Source: Anthoceros angustus (Eukaryota > Plantae > Anthocerotophyta). Taken from it: a stretch of DNA of 64,000 nucleotides. Below the pieces are notes generated by a model that was given only the letters and a program-made list of their open reading frames with translations, was not told the origin of the DNA and did not search any database. Each line of letters opens with the position of its first letter. The stretch's first letter is position 1. This document shows, in pieces, positions 48,245 through 58,799 of the stretch. Where the stretch lies: positions 1,488,001 to 1,552,000 of the forward strand of contig MU008170.1 in NCBI GenBank assembly GCA_010909165.1, read 5' to 3'. A program made the position numbers and the translations under genes.

Positions 48245-48603
48245 AGCTGCCTGCTGCTTTCCCGACCGCAGAAGGCGAATCCGCGCTGTGAGGACACTCA
48301 ACCGCGAGCTTGCCAGAACCGGGCTCTAAAACCCAGGCTCTTGTAAATAGAAAGTGCGATGAACCCTAAGGTGTGGAATATAAAGACGCTGGGATGTTGC
48401 GCTAGAAGTGCGTCTCAAAGTCGGCACAGGAAGGTGAGCGGAACGCGGAAGAGGAATAGGCTTCAGCAGCATCAGGCAGTACATAGCAGCAGGCCGGGGC
48501 AGAGGGGAAGAGAGGAGAGGTTTGTTCACATCCTCACCACCGGGAGCAGGTTGTGGGTCGCGTTGGATACATCCATCAATGTCCCAGACCTTCGGGCAAC
48601 AAC

Positions 48604-49907
48604 ATGGGGGAAAGCTCTGCCATACTGTCGCCAGCAAACAGGAGAGTCCACGCAAATCCGTTCGGATCTCTGCCACCACCCAAGCCGTATGGATTGCCGG
48701 AGCGGAATGAGCCGGAGGTGGGATGGTTTGCCATGGCCCGCAGGCACCAGTTTCTGCTCTTCATGCTGGGCATTCTCACCTTCCTCTGCACCGTCTACCT
48801 CTACTTCGCCATCACCATGGGGGCTGGAGACTCGTGCGCGGGGCTGCAGGGGACGCAGAGGGCGGCCTGCCGGGTAGCTAAGGGCGGGCTGGGGCATCGC
48901 CGGCTGCTGGAGGATGAGCATGAGTATCTGGCGTTGCCTTCTTGTGAGTTGGGGCAACTGGGGGAGGGAGCTCTGCTCTTTGATTCCGTGTAGGCCGAGG
49001 CTGAGTGCGTTGATTTTTTGCAGCTAGTGGGATGTTGAAGGAGGGGAGATCCGGTGGAGATCTTGCTGTGCGGAGGTTAGATGTGCTTTTCTTGAGGACT
49101 ATGGGTTATGCGGTGTTGACGCAAGCATGGCGTGGGATCCTGACGTATTTCTTGCTGTAGGCTGCGGGGATGTAAGTCGCGTGTCGCGCATGACGGTGTA
49201 GCGGCCTTGTGGGTACTGTTTCTAGATCCAGTGTCTGGGAGGTTAGTTGCGAGCATAACTTTCCGAGTTACAGAGACATGGGCATGTCTTCTTTGTGTTG
49301 CAGGAGGAAGTTCTGGCCAAGTTGATCCTAGACTACCATGGTTTTTTCTGGTTTTGCAGTTATTCGGCTTACCTGAAGGACTCATCTCCAGGAAAGAGAG
49401 TGCCCTGCAGCTTGAGCAGGAGTGTCGATGGGTGAGTGGGCGTCCCATTTGGACTCCCTTTTACTTTGGTACAGCCATTTTGAACAACCGCTGATCCTGC
49501 AGCTGTGTACGTATTCAGGTGTTTTGCACCCAAGACCAGTGAGGAGGGATATAACATGATCACTGCAATTGCTCTACTGAAACATCAACCGAGCAGGTAT
49601 GGAACTGGTAGCAAGGACAAGTGCTCGTCGTTTGGATGTGGCTATGTGAGGTTATTGACGGGAGTTGTTTGGTTTTCATGACAGACAACAAGCAATTGAC
49701 ACCCTCTCAGAACTAGATAGGATACTGCGACCTGAGGGGATTCTCGTCTTTTGGGACACAGAAGCCATGTTGGAGGTGGTACAGGAGGCTGCTCCATCGC
49801 TGAAATGGCGTATCATTCCTGACGAATCCGGCTGGATTTCATGGCTTTCCACTATTACTATCAAGAAAGCGGGAGGCGATGTGGGAGGGGCCAGGTCATC
49901 TCTTTAA
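48604..49907 (+). CDS. Type-II membrane protein with a degenerate C-terminal PMT/Methyltransf_29-like segment; exons 48604-48943, 49024-49075, 49161-49241, 49360-49431, 49519-49596, 49685-49907 (281 aa)
   Basis: Exon 1 carries the TM FLLFMLGILTFLCTVYLYFAITMG plus CxGLxGTxxAxC. Five GT-AG introns of 80-118 bp keep the frame open to IDTLSELDRILRPEGILVFWD..SLKW. The unspliced alternative stops at 48993. Confidence 0.65.
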
Positions 49908-50910
49908 CACCTGAACAATTTTGCCTAGGTTGTCATACTTGCAGAACTTGGTGTCCTGGGGTGATCGTTTTCCATTTCATTGTGCATGGATTTGCACATT
50001 TAACTGGCCGGCCTGGGTGCCAAAAGTCGCCCACGCATTTCGCAGATGGTCGTTTAGCTATCTGTTGATTGTGTTCACTCTTCGGATGCCAATGCTATGT
50101 AAGGGGTTTTGTACGATTTTTTCCTGTTCCAATACACATTGATTACAATGATTGCATTATGTTTGGATGTCGTGGGAGATGATTTCATTTTCTTACGATA
50201 AAGAAAAATATATCTATTAAATCAGTAAATTCGAATAATATTTAATAATTCAAAATAGAAGGAATCCTGCTATTAAACCTGCAGCACTTACCTTCATGGT
50301 ACTTCCTAAACGCAGTGGATGCCTTGCCTAAAGGAAGTGGATTCCTTAGAACAATGCTTAAGCTAACGCCTTGTACCATGCCTTAGCGTTATTAAGTATC
50401 CATGATAAGAAAGATTTTTTCCTCCATCCATGACAAGAAAGACTTTTTCTATTTACCAAGGTAGTATTAATCACCTTCATCTAATTTAGGTTTATGAGAG
50501 TTGAAGGTGGAAAACTTTTTACAGAATTTATAAATATCTGTGTATTTGGTTTAATAGAGATTGAAAAAATGCCTTTTCAGAAAATACCCTAAATATATAG
50601 GAGAGAAAAAAAAAGAAACAGAAAAATCCATAATTTGCAGGAGAGGAACAGAAAAAAAGAGAATTTCATCAAAATACTTTTTGTGAAAATTGAATTTGGA
50701 AAACGCCACACATACTGTATAGGAGAAAAACAAAAGAACATAGAGCTTATCCTCAAGGTACATAATACTATATATTAGACATAATACTACATATTAGAAG
50801 CAAGGAAATTAAAAGTTTGTAAGTAAATGAATATAAGCCAACAATAAGATGTATAGAGTATATAACTAATATGGTATTTATTGTGAGGGACCCTATACCA
50901 ATACCAATAG

Positions 50911-51734
50911 GGGTGGTAGTAGATTCTTATGGAATGCCGATCTGGTCACGCGGCATCTACATTTTTTTTAGGGTTGTGGACAAAAAAAATAGTCTCACCG
51001 CATATGGCAGAACTATTTCGGTATGTCACGCATGACCACATCAGTCGGGGCTGTGGCCCCCCGATGTACCGATGTCGTCAACCTACCCGATGATGCACAC
51101 AAAGTTTTCACGGTACAGAAACTTTTTTTCTCTCAGGTTTAGGGTTGCGATTAGGGTCATTTGTGTTTCCGTGTCATTGCGGCATGCATCTGGGCGCCGT
51201 ATGTGAGTGGTTGCATTTGCGCCGCGCTTGCCGTTTGCAATTGCGTTTGCGCTGCACTCATCGTTTGTGTTTTGCGCGCACTCATCGTTTGTGTTTTGCG
51301 GCACGGCCGAGCGCTTGTTACGTAAGGCCGCGTTGTTTGGCACCGCCACACGGGTCAGCAACGCTTTCCTAGGTCACGCAGTGCCACATAGCATACCCTG
51401 AAACAAGCTTGTACCAGAAGGACCAGCAGAAGAAGGGCTTCCATGAAAATAGTCGCACAGATACAAGGCTTGCACCCAAAAAAGCCTGCAGTGCACAAGT
51501 GTAAAGTTCAAAGGGCTTACTGGACCACATAGCGCTGATCCCTACCCATGTTAAGAAAGTTTTTGCCCCGCATATGAACCTACCGAACCTGATGTGGTAC
51601 GTATTATATGTGTTTTGTACGTAAGTATCGAAAGATGCCGTGGCATATTTCCGTAGCGTACACCCAAAAAAAACAAAGTCACACACACGAAGCCAAGTGA
51701 CCAGATCGGTATTCCATAGATTCTACTACCATTT
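50911..51734. mobile_element. Non-autonomous TIR DNA transposon (MITE/MULE-like)
   Basis: The left end tggtagtagattcttatggaatgccgatctggtcac is an inverted repeat of the right end gtgaccagatcggtattccatagattctactacca. There is weaker internal symmetry (accacatcag) and no clear TSD. Confidence 0.7.
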
Positions 51735-52008
51735 GATTCAATATTCACTTCTTATCTATCTTTCTTTAATATAATATTTTTCATGAAATAAAATAAGATA
51801 GGTACGCAAATTATTTATTAAAAAAAAGGAAGGACATTATTCCAAACGCAGAGATGGGTAAATCGATCGACACCAAGACATTGGTTTGTCAGCTGCCACG
51901 TACTGCCGTTTGAAAACCGGGAGTACGTGGCAGCTGACAAATCTCCGAAGATGGACAAATCAGGAGGCGAGAGGCCGCATCGTAACTTTCCAGCGCGTCC
52001 ATGCATAG

Positions 52009-53568
52009 TCAGAGTGGTGGGACTTGGTGCAGGTCGACTGTCTTGGATCCTAGGGCATCAAACCGCGGAAAGAAAGTGCCGAAGGAAAATTCTTGCGGAC
52101 CATAGGGCTCCTCTTTCTCTGGGTACGTATGCTCGGGCACCTGTTCCCACTTGCTCTCTTCCGACTTGCACATGAAAACAGACATGTTACATGGGCGACA
52201 AAAATCCAGAACATAGAACATATCCAAACTCCCTGCGATTTGGAGGCTCTCTGCGCTTAAGGAACGGTAACGCAGGCAGGGCTTGGGCTCGGGGAGGCAG
52301 AACTTGGGCTCCGGTATGGGCCTGGATTCGTGGACGACAGCCCGATCCTGGTCCTTCGAAAACCTGGTAAGACGAAATTGCCACAACGGGCAATATCCAA
52401 ATTCAAGAAGCGCAGGGGCTCTGTGACGGCAGTCGGACTGCCCAGTAGTACTGTCCTCCACAAAGAGGCAAGGGCATTGCCACCAACCTTGCAATGCGAT
52501 TAGGGTACCGGTAGCACAATGCATGTCCTCGAACCGATCCTGCTTCACCAAGTAGGCCACAATTCGCAGACTCCTGGGACTGGTGAAGTAGAATAAGCTG
52601 AAGAGCAAGTAGACGACGTCTTTGGCCGTTGTGCAACCTGCTTGGTGAAGAAAGGTACAGGTAGTACCGAAAGGGAGGCTCAAAGTATCTCCCTCCCTCC
52701 ACCGATCTTCACCAGAATCATAGATGTCAACCGTACACGAGTCATGTCGCCGACGGAAGTGAAGGATTTTGAAACTCTTGGTGTGGTCGTCCACGATAAG
52801 CTCATGCGCGTACTCGCCATGATCGTAGTACCGAGCTTCATCAGTCACCCAGTAGAAATCACGTCTGGGAGGAGGAAAAGCCACCTCCTGCCAGGCCCCG
52901 CGCAAGGGATTGCCCACCCAGTATCGGAATCTTTGACAAGCCCGGGTCCTAGGCCTCCCGCCAGTGTACCGCCAGTAACGCCAACGCTCCCGCAGCAAGA
53001 CCAGACCCGAGTCGCCTCCCGCGCCTTTGCCCACCTCCACCTCGCTGCCTTCGTCCGTGGGCAGCCGGATGTTATACCACCGGGAAGAAACTGGGTCGAA
53101 GGCGAGGCAGATTGTATTGCGGCTCTCGCGGAAAGGCAGTCGGTCGACGCCACGGTAGATTGTGTTGCGGCGGTCGAAGCTCGGCACCATGCTCGATTCG
53201 AAGCGAGGCACCGTGCGGCAGATCAACAACCAGGGCTTCCTCTTCTGGGGACCCTCAAATGCATGAGACGTGATGAATCGGTTCCACGCCCTGCTCACTG
53301 ATCGCAGCTGAGCCAGACACACTGCCGGTAACCGAGCTAAGATGTTCTCCACCACATCCTCCGGCAGCTCCTGTATCGGGCACCGCCCGGATCGCACTTG
53401 TGCCAGGCGGAGTGCGGGAAGCTGACCGAGCACTATCCCAGGCACATCCTCCTCGTCGGCCACCGCTACCTCCTCTGTGGCCGGCATCTCCAGCCCCGCC
53501 TCCGCCCCCGCCGGTAACGGAGCTAACCTGTCCCCTCCGGCAGCTCCTATATCCGGCATATCCCGCAT
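52009..53568 (-). CDS. F-box protein with a divergent kelch/FBA-like C-terminus, intronless
   Basis: LPEDVVENILARLPAVCLAQLRSVSRAWN is an F-box. AFDPVSSRW, VGNPLRGAW and DIYDSGEDRW are propeller-type motifs. The 519-aa ORF is open. Confidence 0.85.
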   Translation of the reverse strand: MRDMPDIGAAGGDRLAPLPAGAEAGLEMPATEEVAVADEEDVPGIVLGQLPALRLAQVRSGRCPIQELPEDVVENILARLPAVCLAQLRSVSRAWNRFITSHAFEGPQKRKPWLLICRTVPRFESSMVPSFDRRNTIYRGVDRLPFRESRNTICLAFDPVSSRWYNIRLPTDEGSEVEVGKGAGGDSGLVLLRERWRYWRYTGGRPRTRACQRFRYWVGNPLRGAWQEVAFPPPRRDFYWVTDEARYYDHGEYAHELIVDDHTKSFKILHFRRRHDSCTVDIYDSGEDRWREGDTLSLPFGTTCTFLHQAGCTTAKDVVYLLFSLFYFTSPRSLRIVAYLVKQDRFEDMHCATGTLIALQGWWQCPCLFVEDSTTGQSDCRHRAPALLEFGYCPLWQFRLTRFSKDQDRAVVHESRPIPEPKFCLPEPKPCLRYRSLSAESLQIAGSLDMFYVLDFCRPCNMSVFMCKSEESKWEQVPEHTYPEKEEPYGPQEFSFGTFFPRFDALGSKTVDLHQVPPL

Positions 53569-54709
53569 CGCACCGTGCCAGGCGCAGTGCGGGAAACTGA
53601 CCGGACATCAACTCCAGCAGCTCCTCTGGCCGGCCTACCCCGGCCTCCACGCCTTTCACTCGTGATAGGACAGGAGAGCCGGGGAGGGGAGCTTTTATGC
53701 AAAGCTTAAGCCAACCCCTGACCCGTGCATTCCCAGCCCTAATACCAAAGCGTGTGCTCCACTTCAATTCTGGAGTTGACACTGAAAGATGAGGACAACA
53801 GCGACACAACAGCCACCCGGACTGGCGTTGGGCGGGCCTAGGCTCACAAGCTGTAGTGCCATGTCAGGAGATCCTCGCAACAGCCCCAACTGCAGCCCCC
53901 GCGGTCGCCTCAACCTGCAAAGCAATTGCCCCGCGGCATCAGCCACCGGCAAAAGACATCCGAAGTTAACAGAACCTCAAGGAAGATGTATAAGATTACT
54001 GCATATGTTTGAGGGGTACCCAACTTACATAGGTAGTAGATTTCAACCACCTATACTATACAAAACATCTTTCCCCACAAACTCCAACGAGCGGGATAAA
54101 GGATGCCAACATCCTAGTTCTCCTACAGAGCTGCCACCTTGAGGCGATCAAGGGAGTATGCCCACCTGCAACGATACCACAGTCCAAACACTTACTAAGC
54201 CTGAGGTCCTACAAAATGCTCCACGGTCACCTAAACAAAGGACGCGGCTGCAGACTGTACAATAAGATCTGGTACTCCTAAGTGAGCTAGAAACAAAGGA
54301 TGCCCTAAGCTCCAAGAGAAGGGAACTAGGTTCCCCTCCACTGCATCCATGAAGGGATAACTACCCTTGCAATATCTGCCTTGTAAGGTAAGGCACATGT
54401 CGAAGGCACCCCTGCCCAGCCGATATAACCACAACAACTTCCTGCACCAAACTATTTCTCGCAGGAGACTAGCGGAAGCTCACATTCAGCCCATGTCACC
54501 CTCTCTTCTCTTCAACGGTTGTGTTATCACTGTCACAGTGCTTCCTGTCACCTAGGTACACGAAACCATGTCCTCTGGACAACAAGGCACCAAAAGCATG
54601 GGCACATCCATGACTCAGTTGCACAATATGAACCAGAGATTTGTCTCTGATCACGCCCCGAAGGAATACCACCACACCACAAGCTTATTGCACAGCAGGA
54701 CCCATTGAC

Positions 54710-55951
54710 CTAGAAGGAGTTCATCTCCAGAAGGTAAGTGCGTCTCTTCACAAGAATGCTGGCAGCAGTATTGAAAGGCTCTTCAAACGCAGTAGCCACT
54801 GGCTCTTCAAATGCTCCAGACGAATACGAGGATGCGCAACCATCAGCATCCCTCCGACCTGGCTCCTGGATTTTCAGATAGTCCCCAGTGAGACGCTCCT
54901 CCCTCTTCACCTGTGTCTCACTAGGTCTAATGGCTACCAAGGTAGCACCATTAAGCCTGGTCCCACCGGGCAGCTCCAGACGTGGAGCGTACCACAGTTT
55001 CATGTTCAGTGCCGGGACCTGAGTCCGGTTAGCAGATGCAGACGGAGCAAGAGGCTTGTCTCTGAATTCGTGCAACTGTTTATGATCCATGCAGAGCGTT
55101 CCCTGGCCATCCGCGTCAGTGAGCACCAGCTTCTCCAGCGTCGGATGCTCTGCTATAATCTGCTGCAGGAGGTAATGCCTTGCCGAAGCGGCGATCAGCG
55201 AAGATATAGTCCACACAACCCTGAGCTTCAACTCTCCATCCGTGTAAAAGGACTCGGGAATACTCCCACTGTCATCCTGCTGCACACCGGCAACATCACC
55301 CCCCTCATCCCCCCCCAAGAGCATATCTTCCCCCCTATCTTGCGCCACGAGTCCTTCCAACTTCTCCACCTTCCCGTCCTTGGCCACCTGAGCAGTAGAA
55401 GCGGCACCTAGAATGACGCAGCTCTCAAGACTACTCCCAAACTCCGCCCGCCACTTCAACAACACTCCCTCGTCCACCCCGAGCTCTCCCCCGGGCAGCT
55501 CAATCCTCAAGTTCCGAATCTCCTTAAAGTTCTTCAGCACCTCCACGGGCGAGTGGTGCGAAACCTCCGCCACAATAGCCTTCTTCGGAGCCAGTAGATG
55601 CTGCAGCGCCTGCAACGGCTTCACGATGCTCCCTACCACAAACCGCATGAAATGGCTCAGCAGCCCCCGCCCCTTCCCGTGAATACTCCCGTCCTCCCCG
55701 GATATAACGCAGTCCACCTTCACCACAACGTTGTCCACGAGCGGCGCGAAATCATGAAACCGCTTCGACACCGCACAGCACCTCCCGAGCGCCTTGATAT
55801 CCGCGAGCTTGTTGAATATAAGCAGCAGCAGCGAGTCCGGGAGCTGGTCGAAATGATCCACTCCCGAGCTCTCCACCTCCATGCAGGCCAGCACCGTCTG
55901 CCTCCGGCAACTCCTCCCAAGGTCCACCACAAGAGACACCTCCTTATGCAT
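54710..55951 (-). CDS. F-box protein, AUF1/AUF2 (At1g78100/At5g46170)-like family, intronless
   Basis: DHFDQLPDSLLLLIFNK..ALGRCCAVSKRF, HHSP..VLKNF..LRIELP, LKWRAEFGSSL, SIPESFYT.G.LKLRVVWTISSLIAASARH and RRTYLLEMNSF*. An alternative start lies at 55882. Confidence 0.92.
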   Translation of the reverse strand: MHKEVSLVVDLGRSCRRQTVLACMEVESSGVDHFDQLPDSLLLLIFNKLADIKALGRCCAVSKRFHDFAPLVDNVVVKVDCVISGEDGSIHGKGRGLLSHFMRFVVGSIVKPLQALQHLLAPKKAIVAEVSHHSPVEVLKNFKEIRNLRIELPGGELGVDEGVLLKWRAEFGSSLESCVILGAASTAQVAKDGKVEKLEGLVAQDRGEDMLLGGDEGGDVAGVQQDDSGSIPESFYTDGELKLRVVWTISSLIAASARHYLLQQIIAEHPTLEKLVLTDADGQGTLCMDHKQLHEFRDKPLAPSASANRTQVPALNMKLWYAPRLELPGGTRLNGATLVAIRPSETQVKREERLTGDYLKIQEPGRRDADGCASSYSSGAFEEPVATAFEEPFNTAASILVKRRTYLLEMNSF

Positions 55952-56955
55952 CCTCCTCCACTCCAACAAACACCGGCCAAGCCTTCCAAGATCACAACAC
56001 TCGGTCCTCTACGTCAAATCCACATCCACCGCCGATCCAAACGCGCAACCTCCTCCATCTAGCTCCCTTCCTCCAGCACAGCCCCGAACCCTGCAAGAAA
56101 GCTCACAAGAACCTGCACCGAAGTCCACCCCGCGGTGCAGCGATCACATCAACTCCAAACCGAGTTTCCAGAGGCCCCGACCGCCAAATCCCACTCCCGC
56201 CTCGCCGTCACGCTCGAACGCATCCGCATCCGTTCTCCCACACTGTGCAGACGAACCACGCCCGCTCACGCTAATGCGCTTGGCATCAGCAGCTAAGGCA
56301 GACGGATTAGCGAATGGTCGGCGTCAGGGCGGCGACGGTCGGGGCTGGGCCTGCGGCTTCCGCGAACCTTCCTCCGGCCGGGCCGTCCTACTCCGGGGCT
56401 GCACATGCCGCACCTACTTCCACCTGAGGGGCGACCCTGCCACCGGCATGCCGCTTCACCACCTCATCCTCATCCGCCCGGCTCCACGCTCCCACACGCC
56501 GCGGCAACAGAGACGCCAGCAACACAACGGCAGCGACAGCAGTAGCTCTGGAGAAGCTTCAAGGCCGTGGGCAATGGCCGCTCGCGCCTCGCCCGCCTTG
56601 GCCCCGCGCGCCAGGTCTAGACGTCCTGCGCCATACATGCCGTCCCCAGGCGGTCCAGGGGCGCGCTAGGCCTGCCGCTCCCGGCGGCCCGTCTCCAAGG
56701 GTGTCACTCGCTGCAAACCCTGGAAGCTTCGCGGCTTTGACCGGCTGCTAGGGGAGGGTTTACCGGCACAGGGATAAGCCGGGACCCGCTCTTGACCGGT
56801 CAACGTGGGAAACGCACGCGCTTTCGCCTTTCGCCGCACTCGTCTCGCGTCTTGTATAGCCATTTTAAATGCTATTATTCTGGCAACAAAGCGCGTGTCC
56901 TGCCGTCTCCTGCTCCTCCACCTGAGCATGGGCACCTCGCTTTGCCTTCAAATAT

Positions 56956-57157
56956 CCCATCCTACTATTAGATGTCGATTTCCAGTGGGGTAATAACACT
57001 GGTAGGAACGGCCGACGTATCGGGCATTCTCGTTCAAGCATTCTAAGGTTGGCAACCCATCCTACTCTTAGATGTAGGTTTACAGTGGGGTAATAACACT
57101 GCTAGGAACGACCAACATATCGGGCATTCTCATTCAAGCATTCTAAGGTTGGCAACC
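56956..57157. repeat. Two tandem copies of a ~100 bp unit
   Basis: cccatcctact..cagtggggtaataacact..caagcattctaaggttggcaacc occurs twice. Confidence 0.9.
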
Positions 57158-57479
57158 TTGGTTCTGAAGAGGACACGGCTGGTTGTGGGCAAGATGCCGA
57201 ACAACTGTTTGAACGTCATCTTTACTTCTCAATAAGTGATATCTTCTACAAGGGAGTATGTGTAAGCGGCATCGTGCGAGATGGGCGACTAGGGGCACCA
57301 GGAGCACAGAAAGCTGGGAATTAGTTCCCCCTTTGATCTTGGGAACAGGCTCAAGTAGCCCGCACCCCTATTCGAGCACGTATTCAAATGTTGTTCCTTA
57401 CTAGAGTTCGGCTAACTATGGTTAGTTGCCCCTAGGTTAGTCACTCACTTTAACTAACCTAATGTTCTAGTTAGCTACC

Positions 57480-58790
57480 CTCATGCTGCGGCTACCATCT
57501 ATGCCGTCACGGCCCTCTGGCCAGAGATCAGCTGGCTCAGTGCAGTGTCTACCATAGCCTGGCAATTGACTATGTCCTTCACGGCTGGAGCTTGCTCAAT
57601 CCGCCGTGACATCCTCCTCCTTCCTCTAGCTCTCCGCAGGAGGACTTGGGTCCAATCCATCCGTTCTGAACTTGGCCAGATGTTGGAAAGCGTCCACAAA
57701 GTTCCTCTTATTCAGCACGTTGATTGACCTTTGCTGTCCCTACAACACTAGCCACATACCTGGTGGTGGAATATTCTTCCATATGTCGACGAAGGCGAAT
57801 TCGATTGCGGTGGCCAGGTGAGTTGTAAGCAAACTCAGCAAGTGGCAATGCTTCTTCCCAATTCCTCTGACGGTCGTGGCAGTAAGGACGCAACAAATCC
57901 TCCATTGTTTGGTTTTGCCTCTCGCTGGCGCCGTCAGACTGAGGATGATAAGCCGAGCTCAAACACTGCTTCATGCCCAAGCTTGCACAAAACTCCTTCC
58001 AAAACTAAGACAGGAACTTTGCATCTCTATTTGACACAATTTCTTGTGGCACACCATGCAGGCGAACTATCTCCTTCAAGAACAAAGGCACTAGTTACGT
58101 GGGCTTTGATCGTGCCCTTGACGGGAATAAAGTGAGCAAGCTTGGTGGCTCTGTCTACACACACACCCTGTCATGTCCTCTGCGTTCTCGGCAAGCATGT
58201 CACAAAATCACAAGTCATGCTGGCCCACTTCTCTGCTGGCACCTCTAACGGCATAAGCAAGCCTGCTGGTGCTCTTCTCACTGCTTTGGACTGCGGACAA
58301 GGTAAGCACTCCTGCACATAATTGATGAACTATTTCTTCATGCCTTGTCACCATACATGCTCCTTCAAGTGCTGATATGTCTTATCTATCCCCATGTGTC
58401 CTACTATTGGTGCATCATGGGCATCATGCAATAAGGAAAGCTTCAATTCCGAGCAACTCTCGGGTATGCATAACCTTCCCTTCTTGAACAAACATCCTTG
58501 GTGGATGCTGTAGCAGTCTCCCAATTCCGTCGGCCTGCAAGTTAAGAGATTGTCTTCTAGCCTCTGCAAGATGCTGCTCAAAGTAGCATCTTCAAGTAAC
58601 TTGTGCCGCACTTCTCTCCATAAATTTGATTCTAACTTCAGTGTCATGTTGCTGCAGCGTCTCCTTATGATCCGTGAACACTATGAATTCTGAGCCATAC
58701 AAGTAATGTCGCCAAGTCTTCAGAGCATAAATTACTGCAAGCATCTCCTTGTCATGTGTCTTTGTAATTCTTCTCGGCCTTGAAGCTTTA
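57480..58790 (-). mobile_element. Degenerate Ty3/gypsy pol fragment (RNase H, integrase Zn-binding domain and core)
   Basis: [30 protein letters not shown] (RNase H), LHDAHDAPIVGHMGIDKTY (HHCC) and SSAYHPQSDGASERQNQT..LPLAEFAYNS (integrase); stops, frameshifts and deletions are present. Confidence 0.9.
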
Positions 58791-58799
58791 CGGACTTAC

